DNA of 21,272 nucleotides from Octopus sinensis (lineage: Eukaryota), in contig NW_021823666.1 in NCBI RefSeq assembly GCF_006345805.1, positions 1 through 21,272 on the forward strand. The letters run 5' to 3'. The notes under the pieces were generated by a model. It was not told where the DNA came from, did no database searches, and worked only from the letters and a program-made list of their open reading frames with translations. The position numbers and the translations under genes are program-made. The stretch's first letter is position 1; each line of letters starts with the position of its first letter. Below are positions 1 to 9,579 of this stretch, piece by piece.

Positions 1-179
1 ACAAACGTCCATCGTTAATTTACGTCTATCGTCTGCTACTGTTTGGTTTACTGTTCTCTGTTGTTGATCTGTTGTTTCTTCCGTCACCACCACAGACACA
101 CAGCTACATAGATAGATATGGCAAACAAAGTAGTAAAAATGAATATATGCATATAGGCATACAGAAACATGCACAACAT

Positions 180-209
180 TATATATATATATATATAATA
201 TATATATAT

Positions 210-253
<44 letters not shown>

Positions 254-355
254 TTACTATACACACATACTCACATACATGTGTTTATGTAACTTTGATA
301 ACTTTGATAGGTTTCGGCTATATAGGCCCGGCCATGTCTAACTTAATAGCACCAC

Positions 356-406
<51 letters not shown>

Positions 407-597
407 TATATTATATATATATGATGTATGTATGTATGTATGTATGTATGTATGTATGTATGGTATTGTAATATATATATTTATAATATATTGTATATAT
501 ACTCATTATACATACAGTGCGTACATGCACACACACATATATATATATATATACACCACATCACACCACACATATATATAAATACATACATACATGC

Positions 598-639
<42 letters not shown>

Positions 640-745
640 CTATATACATACATTGCTTACATACACACGCGCACATGCACACACACACATACATATATAT
701 ATATATAAATATACATACATACATACGCGCACGCATACAAAATTC
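180..745. repeat. Compound microsatellite block (AT)n/(TATG)n/(CA)n
   Basis: Direct reading; accounts for the Y/I/H/T-rich ORFs between 72 and 815. Confidence 0.95.
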
Positions 746-807
746 TAAAAAAACACGGAGCCGAAGTAACAAATATAAAACAACAAACAAGTTTTTTTTG
801 TCTTTTT

Positions 808-880
808 TTTGTTGACGCTGAGGAAAGTTGGAAGAGGTTTTTAACGTTTCGAGCCTACGCTCTTCTACGGAAAGGATAGA
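808..880 (-). mobile_element. Probable Penelope-like element (PLE) terminal fragment with degenerate hammerhead-like motif
   Basis: 843-875 matches 18843-18875 at 27/33 nt. Minus strand reads ccgtaga-a-gagc-gtag-gctc-gaaac-gtt, the cYgaNga-a-stem-gaaacgt pattern typical of PLE termini. Class assignment is from family knowledge. Confidence 0.55.
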
Positions 881-948
881 TGAGGAGAGAGAAAAAAAGA
901 AGAAGAAAAGAATAAGACTCTCTCAGACTGTGTCTGTATGCTGAAATG

Positions 949-949
949 C

Positions 950-1003
<54 letters not shown>

Positions 1004-1006
1004 GTG
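949..1006. repeat. (TG)n microsatellite
   Basis: Direct reading. Confidence 0.97.
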
Positions 1007-1029
1007 AGTATAACGGGTTTATATACATA

Positions 1030-1660
1030 TACGCATGGTATTTACTCTATCTTCATAGTTGATTGCCGACTCTTGTGCTCCAATAGTAATTCCGACATTC
1101 CACCCATGACCTCTCAGATGACTAATCTGCATGTCTTGAAGAATAGGTGACAGACGAAAGTTACTCTGCACTTCCAACTGGTTCAGTCTGCAACCATCGC
1201 CGCGGAACTTCCAGTTGATGGGATGACAAATGTGGCCACCATAAAAAGACGTCTGTTCCTCATTGGATTACAGTGATAAACGCTTGTACAACACGTGTAC
1301 CACGCTCTGAGTTTCCGTGATTAGTACCAAAGCAGGACGACCTGTAATCATGTGAAACGGCAGGTTTTATATCATAGTGACCCTCTCCTAGAAGGGCACT
1401 GCAGCAACAGCTAGAGGTCCCTCATTCGCTGTGGTTTTACTGCGTGACTTGACGCCAACCATGTGTCTTTCTGCGTCCCTGCGCTCGAATGGACTGTCAT
1501 CACGCATGCTAGTTAACCCACAACTGGAACCCTACCCTAAGAGGTGCTTCTATTTCGGATCGGAGTAGACCTGGGATCAATAGTGGCTTAGGGGTGGGTC
1601 CGCACCTCTAAAAACCCTGGAATTCTTGAACTAGGGCCCTGGATGCAGTTTAATGTTATA
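1030..1660. mobile_element. Unclassified, more GC-balanced segment, probably a decayed interspersed repeat (LINE-related?)
   Basis: Complex sequence bounded by (TG)n and (CATA)n, ending gcagtttaatgttataccaaggaca directly into the (CATA)n tract. No intact ORF and no second copy in the window. Confidence 0.3.
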
Positions 1661-1787
1661 CCAAGGACATACATTCATACACACACATACATACATACAT
1701 ACATACGTACATACATACATACATACATACATACATACATACAAACATGCATACATACATACATACGTACTTACATACAAACATACA

Positions 1788-1818
<31 letters not shown>

Positions 1819-1895
1819 CATACATACATACAAACATGCATGCATGCATAAAACAAAGCATACGAATCTGCACATATACATACATGCAAACATAC
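1660..1895. repeat. (CATA)n tetranucleotide microsatellite
   Basis: Direct reading; source of the HTYI/MYVC ORFs. Confidence 0.95.
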
Positions 1896-2069
1896 GCAGT
1901 TATTGATGATGAAATTCCAATAAAAGAGCCTTGGATCTGGGTTCGAAACCAGCTCTTTCTCTATTGCCAAGAAATCTTTCAATAAAACTGAATAATGACA
2001 TACAAACATACATACGTACGTACATACACACACATATGTATATATAAGTTTGAACGTGCGTGTGTGTGT

Positions 2070-2245
2070 ATTCTTATACTTGTTTCAGTCAATTGACTGC
2101 GACCATGCTGGAGCACAGCCTTTAGTCGAGCAAATCGACCCCAGGACTTATTCTTTGTAAGCCTAGTACTTATTCTATCGGTTACTTTTGCGAACCGTTA
2201 AGTTATGGGGTACGTTAACACACCAGCATCGGTTGTCAAGCGACG
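2070..2245 (-). mobile_element. SINE-B, 5'-truncated copy (3' half only)
   Basis: Collinear with 3090-3270 and 4505-4680 (cttgtttcagtca.ttgactgcg.ccatgctggagcac.gcctttagtcgagcaaatcgaccccaggac...). Confidence 0.9.
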
Positions 2246-2869
2246 TTTAACAATACACATACGTGAAGCACGTGATATTGAGAGTGTATACATCATCGAG
2301 CTGCATATATATATAGCTCGGCCCTCTATAGGGAAGACGGTCCGGCTATCTCAGGCCATATGAACGGCCACACCGTGGACAGGCTCAGGGGTATACGTTG
2401 CTCATACCCCTTGCCATTCTTTAGGGTAACACATTCACCAGTTTGTCAGCATGACTTCCTATTATATATTTCTCAAATTATTTTCATAAAAAAAGATAAA
2501 AAGTAATTATGAATTATATGTGTGTGTGTGTCTGGGCATACACACACATACGCAGCACACACACGTACATATAAAGATAGAAATCGAACAGAAACGATAT
2601 TCTTGATATGTCAAAATTTCCTTTCCTTTCTACAGCCGTTTCAAAGTTAATTATGAATGGGGAAGTTTTGAAATAACTATTATATTGTTGGTTTTTCTAT
2701 TTCTATCATATTTTGCCCTTAGCAACCGTTATACTCATTTACAAACTGAGTGCATAATTATACGTGTTATTACAGGTGTTGTATTGAAACAATAGAAACA
2801 TTGGAGTTTGAACTGAGCTTTTTATATGTGTATATGCATTTGTGTATAAGTACCTCTTCATTACGCCGA

Positions 2870-2904
2870 AATATATATACATATGTAAGTATATATATAT
2901 ATAT

Positions 2905-2938
<34 letters not shown>

Positions 2939-3078
2939 AATATATGTGTGTGTGGTGTGTTGTGTGTGTGTGTGTGTGTGTGTGTAAGTATATATGCATT
3001 CATACATTCATGCATATATACACGTACATAGCTATATGTATATATATATGTGTATTATATAATATATATATATATATA
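2870..3078. repeat. Mixed (AT)n/(TG)n microsatellite
   Basis: Direct reading. Confidence 0.9.
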
Positions 3079-3461
3079 CTCTTTTCTCTTTTACACTCTT
3101 TTACTTGTTCCAGTCATTTGACTGCGGCCATGTTGGAGCACCGCCTTTAGTCGAGCAAATCGACCCCAGGACTAATTCTTTGTAACCCTAGTACATATTC
3201 TATCGGTATCTTTTGCCGAACCGCTAAGTTACGGGGACGTAAACACACCAACATCGATTGCCAAGCGATATTGGGGGGGGGGACAAACACAGACACACAA
3301 ACACATAATACACACACACACACATACGACGGGCTTCTTTCAATTTCCGTCTACCAAATCCACTCACAAGGCTTTGATCGGCCCAAGGGGCCACGCAGTG
3401 GGACTGAACCCGGAAGCATGTGGTCGTAACCAAGCTACTACCACACAGCCACTCTTACGCC
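3078..3461 (-). mobile_element. SINE-B, near full-length tRNA-derived SINE with internal (CA)n and a small internal deletion
   Basis: Minus-strand head ggcgtaagagtggctgtgtggtag...ccgggttcagtccc has A-box-like TGGCTGTGTGG and B-box-like GGTTCAGTCCC; (tactctt)-like tail at 3078-3100; lacks the ctattgtagaagacacttg segment present in the 4497 copy. Confidence 0.9.
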
Positions 3462-3464
3462 TAA

Positions 3465-3613
3465 TATATATATATATATATATATATATAATAATATATA
3501 TATATATAATACATACATTACATACATATATATATATATATAATATATATATATAATATATATATATTATATATATAATATATATATACATATATACATA
3601 CATACATTACATA

Positions 3614-3663
<50 letters not shown>

Positions 3664-3664
3664 G

Positions 3665-3695
<31 letters not shown>

Positions 3696-3715
3696 ATAAT
3701 ATATTATATATATAT
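3465..3715. repeat. (AT)n-rich microsatellite
   Basis: Direct reading. Confidence 0.95.
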
Positions 3716-3869
3716 ACACGAGATTCAGAGCAGTTTTCCGCCCCGACATCCGAAGCTCGGAGTCAGTCTTATGCCAACCGAATAATTGCCACATATTATA
3801 TTACAGATAAATTCCTCATTTACATATCGAGGTCTCATTCATTCTTTTGTTGTCTTATCATTACTATTA

Positions 3870-3870
<1 letters not shown>

Positions 3871-3933
<63 letters not shown>

Positions 3934-4060
3934 CTGCATGTATGTACATGTATATGTTTATATACATATATCTATAAATACCTGGATATATGGATATATA
4001 TATGTACGTATGCATGTACACATACAGGCACGCACACACACACATATCTGATATATAATA
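3871..4060. repeat. (AT)n/(TG)n/(CA)n compound microsatellite
   Basis: Direct reading. Confidence 0.9.
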
Positions 4061-4360
4061 TATAAAGATAAAGAATGATCAAGCACGCATATATGGCATT
4101 ATCTCATTTATATTATTTCCTAAAGTTATTATATCAACATAACGTAATCATAAGAATCACGAACGAAGCAAACACAAATTCCTATAAAAACTTTACAGCT
4201 GTTTCAAAAATAGTTGATGCAACAATATGTATTTCAGAAAGAGCGTTGCATACTAATTGCAGCAAAACACATCAAACAAGTAGAAATTTTCGTGAACACA
4301 TAAACATGCAATAATATATCCAAGCTTAAAGCTTAGAATTTTTTTATTGGGGAGAGGCAT

Positions 4361-4420
4361 AACACACCACACACAACACACACACACACACACACACACA
4401 CACCACACACAACCACACAC

Positions 4421-4453
<33 letters not shown>

Positions 4454-4457
4454 ATAT

Positions 4458-4489
<32 letters not shown>

Positions 4490-4490
4490 G
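4361..4490. repeat. (CA)n/(AT)n microsatellite
   Basis: Direct reading. Confidence 0.9.
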
Positions 4491-4496
4491 TTGTTG

Positions 4497-4898
4497 TATT
4501 ACTTTATTCTTTATTTGTTTCAATCATTTGACTGCGGCAATACTGGAGCACCGCTTTTTAGTCGAAGAAATCGACCCCATAACTTATACTTTGTAAGCCG
4601 GGTACTTATTCTATTGGTATCTTTTACCGAACCGCTAATTTACAGAGATGTAAAGACACCAACATCGGTTGTAAAGCGATGGCAGGGGTGGGACAAACAC
4701 AGACACAAAGACACACACAAACACACACATTCAGACACATTTGACGGGCTTCTTTTCAGTTTCCGTCTACCAAATCCACTCACAAGGCTTGGGTCAGTCC
4801 GATGCTATTGTAGAAGACACTTGCCTAAGGTGCCATGCAGTGAGACTGAACCCGGAACCATGTGTCTGGGAAGCAAACTTCTTATCACATAGCCATAG

Positions 4899-4900
<2 letters not shown>
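4497..4900 (-). mobile_element. SINE-B, near full-length copy
   Basis: Collinear with 3078-3461. Minus strand after the B-box-like ggttcagtctc reads gcaccttaggcaagtgtcttct, resembling the ccttgggcaagt start of CORE-type central domains. ORF 4347..4892 is an artefact. Confidence 0.9.
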
Positions 4901-4941
<41 letters not shown>

Positions 4942-4992
4942 AATAAATAGATAGATAGACAGATAGATAAAGAGGTGAGAGAGAGAGAGAGA
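4900..4992. repeat. (CA)n(GATA)n(GA)n compound microsatellite
   Basis: Direct reading. Confidence 0.9.
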
Positions 4993-5465
4993 ATTAGTAA
5001 AGACTCAACGTGGGTTTTATGATTTTAAGATGGTAACCACAAAATTGAAAAGAAGAAAAGCACCCGTTTTTTGTTCTCTTTACCGTTTTCTGCCCCCATC
5101 CTACCCCACCAACTCTTTCAGAGAATTCAATATAGAAGTAAATATAGCGATTAGTAATTAGATATTTAATTAAGAAAGAAAATCATCTGATTTAATATCA
5201 TTAAACAAGAGAAAGGTGCGTGATTTCGGCCGATTTTCTCCTAATTCTACCGAAAATTCGTAAAGCATTTTATTGCTTCAAAACTGAATTTGCAACTGGG
5301 AATAGCTAATTAATTTTATAATTACGGCGATTTACGAAATTTATTTTTCTAGGTTATATCTCTTATGGAATTAGTTATTGATAATTCTCACGAAAATGGC
5401 TTTAAGCCATGCATGTACAACTGTAACATGGCTTATCGCTTGTCGTTAAATTGCTTCAGTTTTAA

Positions 5466-5676
5466 GGCGCTGAGGTGGCCGAATCATTAGCGTGTTGGGT
5501 AAAAATGCTTAGTAGCATTTCTTCCGGCTCTTTTCGTTCTGAGTTCAAATTTCACCGAGGTCAACTTTTTTTTTTCATTTTTCAGGGTTGATAAAATAAC
5601 TACCTATTGAACACTTGGATCGATGTAATCAACTAACCACTTCCCCCCAAATTTCAGGCCTTGTGTCTACAAAGGG
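5466..5676 (+). mobile_element. SINE-A, diverged monomer with tail variant 2 (aaatttcaggccttgtg...aaagg) followed by (ATT)n
   Basis: Head ggcgctgaggtggccgaatcattagc, B-box-like gagttcaaattt, body homologous to 12600-12715. Confidence 0.85.
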
Positions 5677-5724
<48 letters not shown>

Positions 5725-5733
5725 TTTATTATT
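5677..5733. repeat. (ATT)n tract
   Basis: Direct reading. Confidence 0.97.
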
Positions 5734-5920
5734 GGATCGGCAGAATCGCTATCGAGCCGTCCGTCCTTACGCTCTGAGCTGAAATTCCGCCGAGGTGCCT
5801 TTGCCTTTGCCTTTCATTCTTTTGGGGTCGATGAAGTAAGTACCAGTTACGCACTGGGGTCGATGTAATAGACTATCCCCCTCCCCCGAAATTTCAGGCC
5901 TTGAGACTTTAGTGGAAAAG
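5734..5920 (+). mobile_element. SINE-A, diverged copy with internally deleted head, tail variant 2
   Basis: aaattccgccgagg...ggggtcgatgaagtaagtaccagttacgcactggggtcgatgtaat...aaatttcaggccttg. Confidence 0.85.
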
Positions 5921-5938
5921 TTTACTATTATTTTTATT

Positions 5939-6451
5939 GGGTGAGAGAGTAGCGTATGCCATCAAAGTGCCACTGGGGAACAAATATACGAAGCCCAATA
6001 TACCCATCATGACTACCCGTCTGATAAGGGTACACCAGGCACATGCATCACAACTATATGTGCGCGACATGGTGATCCCATATCAAGATAAACAGCGCAT
6101 GATCTTACAGATGGGGTCCAATAAGAAGTTTCTTCAGGTCGAGTAGCCCATCCCGCTCAAAAGCTCCTTGAATAAGGATTGTTTAAGGATGTTGAAAGAA
6201 CCACCCATGTTTCTAGAGATGAATTATCCAAACCCCAGAGAATCCCTCTCAACACATGGCTATGATGCTCCCCTACTACTTCTGCTTCGGATCAGAGATG
6301 CGCATATCGCCAATCACTAAGGGACATGCTCATCTGGTTAAGGCCAAGCAACTGACAAGCAAATCTGTTATTGGGCAGAATATTTGCTGTAGCCCATCTT
6401 TTACACCAACATAAAACATGTACATGATAACACATCCAATCAGTTAAGATC
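5939..6451 (-). mobile_element. Non-coding ~510-bp interspersed element ('element X') flanked by (ATT)n on both sides
   Basis: 5938-5978 matches a second partial copy at 7099-7139 (36/41 nt); both abut ATT repeats. No ORF or pol III boxes seen. Strand inferred from the TAA-tail logic. Confidence 0.65.

Positions 6452-6517
<66 letters not shown>
6452..6517. repeat. (ATT)n/(TAA)n tract
   Basis: Direct reading. Confidence 0.97.
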
Positions 6518-6519
<2 letters not shown>

Positions 6520-7082
6520 GATAACTCACAACTTGTTTTGCTGGGTATGATGGAAAGTGTCAGCTGTCCACAGCCAGCAGACTAAGGTGACACTTGTTTA
6601 CCGGTCATGCTTCAAGAACCCTGCGAAGAATTTTTGCAATTCCAAGCAATGCTGATTTTTGTAGGTGTTCTACCTTCACACTTGCATCAATCTTTTTGAG
6701 GCATGCTGGTAGTCGAGTGCTGATACATCCAAGCGCGCCAATTACTATTGGTATCGCGTCTACTACTCTCTTCATTGACCACAACCTTCGTATTTCCCCA
6801 CTTCAAACTGTCATAGTTGTTTATTTTTCTTCTTCTTTCACATTGATCCTGTTGTCACCGGGACATGCTATGTCGGTTATCATGCAAGTTCTTTCTTTTT
6901 TATTCACCACAACAATGTCTGGTTTCTGATGTATGGTCAGGTGATCGCACTGAATCACAGGATTTTGCAATTTTCATTCTCGATGACTCCTGGGGTTTGC
7001 TTATACCATGTCTTTGCTCTTTGTAGACTGTGATTTTCAGAGCTCCAAATGGATCATTCTTGCCACATTGTCATGTGACCTT
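6518..7082 (-). mobile_element. 5'-truncated non-LTR retrotransposon, R4/Dong-type, restriction-like endonuclease (RLE) C-terminus plus 3' UTR and (TAA)n tail
   Basis: Manual minus-strand translation with frameshifts/stops: RSHDNVARMIHLEL*...IQCDHLTIHQKPDIVVVNKKERTCMITDIACPGDNRINVKEEEK/NNYDSLKW/EIRRLWSMKRVVDAIPIVIGALGCISTRLPACLKKIDASVKVEHLQKSALLGIAKILRRVLEA* (stop at 6605-6607). RHD, PD..D..K..Y, PIVIGALG and QKSALLG are RLE-LINE motifs. Confidence 0.9.
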
Positions 7083-7098
7083 TTATTATTATTATTAT

Positions 7099-7143
7099 TG
7101 AGTGAGAGAGCAGTGCATGCCATCAAAGTGACACTGGGGTAAA
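7099..7143 (-). mobile_element. Short terminal fragment of element X
   Basis: tgagtgagagagcagtgcatgccatcaaagtgacactgggg, homologous to 5938-5978; preceded by (ATT)n at 7083-7099. Confidence 0.75.
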
Positions 7144-7207
7144 ACACACACACACGCTCACAACCACTCACCGATTCACATATATACATACATATATATA
7201 TACATAT

Positions 7208-7256
<49 letters not shown>
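7144..7256. repeat. (CA)n/(CATA)n/(AT)n microsatellite
   Basis: Direct reading. Confidence 0.9.
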
Positions 7257-7257
<1 letters not shown>

Positions 7258-7284
7258 TAAAAAAGAAAACTAATAACAAACGCA

Positions 7285-7370
7285 ATTAGGTTGACACTTA
7301 GGAAACGTTTGGAGGAGAAACAAAGAAATGTCTTTTGCTGTTCGAGTATTCATTCTTCTTCGGAAAGACA
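7285..7370 (-). mobile_element. Third, more decayed PLE-like terminal fragment
   Basis: attaggttgacacttaggaaa...ttcgagtattcattcttcttcggaaag parallels 808-875 and 18803-18875. Confidence 0.4.
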
Positions 7371-7463
7371 GGAAAGACACAGATAGAAAAGAACGGAAAA
7401 AGTAAAATGGAGAAATAGTAACGAGCGTCCGCCCAGCTATCGCGGTACGCTGAGATGAGGTGT

Positions 7464-7515
7464 GCATACATACATACATACATACATACATACAACATAC
7501 AACATACATACATAC

Positions 7516-7546
<31 letters not shown>

Positions 7547-7723
7547 TAAACATATGTATATATATATATATACACATATATACTATATACAGACATTATA
7601 TATATATATACATATATATATACATGTATGTATATATAATATATATATATATATACATGTATATATATATATATACACATACATATATACATAAATATAT
7701 ATACATATATATATATATGTACG

Positions 7724-7761
<38 letters not shown>

Positions 7762-7853
7762 TATAATATATATATGTACACACACATACATATATATATA
7801 TATATGTATATATTACATATATACATACAATATACTACATGCACACACACACG

Positions 7854-7885
<32 letters not shown>

Positions 7886-7925
7886 AATGTATATATCTAT
7901 AAATATACACATACACACTCACATA
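7464..7925. repeat. (CATA)n/(AT)n/(CA)n compound microsatellite
   Basis: Direct reading; source of five spurious ORFs. Confidence 0.95.
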
Positions 7926-8204
7926 TGGATACATAATTGTGCTTCGAGTCAGTGATATAAAGCAAAAATAAGCAATAAAAATGCTTGCAATAAAAATGGC
8001 GTCAAGCCTAAGTTGTTTATTTCGTCACGAATTGAATTTTATGATATTCTAATTAATTGTATTACACAATCTTCTAATATTTGATTCTCTAATTTATTTC
8101 GGCACGAATAGTATTTTAACATATTATATAACGATCATTTTTATTCCAAGATTGAATAATATTTTATTCCAAGGTTTTGGATGTGTGGTTTGGAGATGAC
8201 AGAA

Positions 8205-8470
8205 TCGTTCCACGTCAAGCTGTTACTTCTTCGCATTGAGAAGAGGTTCACAGCTCTGATCCTACGGACATGGGATTAGATTATCTAAGAACGGAATCAC
8301 GGAACGGACTCTATGAGCAATACCGACTGGCTGGAGACTTTAAGAGTAAACCACGGACGAGCTGCTTGAATACAATGCATCGCCCTCGTTTCTCTCACTT
8401 GCGGCATTAACCGGAGTATTAGATCCCCAAGCTGGCATTTGCTTCTAATAAGAGCCCCTGGAAGGCTTAC
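8205..8470 (+). mobile_element. Degenerate RTE-type LINE fragment (post-RT C-terminal region)
   Basis: Frameshifted translation VKLLLLRIE/SQL*SYGHGIRLSKNGITERTL*AIPTGWRL/SKPRTSCLNTMHR matches the LLRIERSQLRWxGHVxRM...PTGxRPRGRPRTRW pattern. Confidence 0.6.
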
Positions 8471-8837
8471 CTGTGGACTCACTCCCTAGGTTCTCACAGA
8501 AATAAGTGAACGATTGAGATGGATGGAGTAATATTTAGAAAATGTCCGACTTTATAATTTAGTAAGCCTTGGTTCTATGCAAGTTTGTACTTCACCATTT
8601 TCTCCATTTTATTGTAATGAACCGAACTTCTTGTTTTTTTTTTACTTTCATTAGATCCTAAAATTACACACATATTTATGTATTTTATTGAGAGCCTTGA
8701 CTTTTGGACAAAATTTATAGAAAAGTTCTTCCGGTATAGATTTCATTTTTGATAAGCAGCTTTACGTTATCGTTCGGTTGCAATCAATTTCTTACATTAG
8801 TTTTTATATTCGATAATCCCTCCCCACCACCCCAGTT

Positions 8838-9579
8838 CACACGAAAAGACCGACAAAATACCTGTTTCTTTACTACCCACAAGGGGCTAAACACAGGGAG
8901 GACAAACAAAGGACAGACAAACAGATTAAGTCGATTATATCGACCCCAGTGCGTAACTGGTACTTATTTAATCGACCCCGAAAGGATAAAGAGAAAGTCG
9001 ACCTCGGCGGAATTTGAACTCAGAACGTAAAGACCGACAAAATACCTATTTCTTTATTACCCACAAGGGGCTAAACATAGAGGGGACAAACATCGACAGA
9101 CATAGGTATTAAGTCGATTACATCGACCCCAGTGCGTAACTGGTACTTAATTTATCGACCCCGAAAGGATGAAAGGCAAAGTTGACCTCGGCGGAATTTG
9201 AACTCAGAACGTAACGGCAAACGAAATACGGCTACGCATTTCGCCTGGCGTGCTAACAACTCTGCCAGCTCGCCGCCTTTAAAGGATGAAAAGCAAAGTC
9301 AACCTCGGCGGAATTTGAACTCAGAACGTAAAGACCGGCAAAATACCTATTTCTTTATTATCCACAACGGGCTAAACATAGAAGGGAAAAACATCGACAG
9401 ACATAGGTATTAAGTCGATTACATCGACCACAGCGCGTAACTGGTACTTAATTTATTGACCCCGAAAGGATGACAGGCAAAGTCGACCTCGGCGGAATTT
9501 GAACTCAGAACGTAACGGCAAACGAAATACCGCTAAGCATTTCGCTTGGCGTGCTAACATTTTTGCCAGCTCGTTGCCT
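8838..9579 (-). mobile_element. SINE-A multimer array 1 (two headed copies, head-less monomer and partial units)
   Basis: Tail-to-head junctions at 8861|8862, 9045|9046 and 9346|9347; 300-nt periodicity between 8981-9280 and 9281-9580. Confidence 0.92.

Noticed and set aside
5403-5435. 9-bp inverted repeat taagccatg/catggctta (and 8-bp caggtgtg/cacacctg at 20451-20482)
   Set aside because: Isolated short palindromes are expected by chance in 21 kb.
72-7934. Numerous Y/I/H/T/C/V-rich ORFs (also at 11528 and 15162)
   Set aside because: Translations of (AT)n, (CA)n, (CATA)n, (TCTA)n and (AATAT)n microsatellites.
8655-8735. Possible exon after the ttttactttcattag acceptor (PKITHIFMYFIESLDFWTKFIEKF)
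   Set aside because: Weak donor, unrecognised peptide, no partner exons.
8749-9413. ORFs at 8749, 9198, 10599, 12893, 17188, 17724 and 20079
   Set aside because: Wholly or largely translations of SINE-A sequence.
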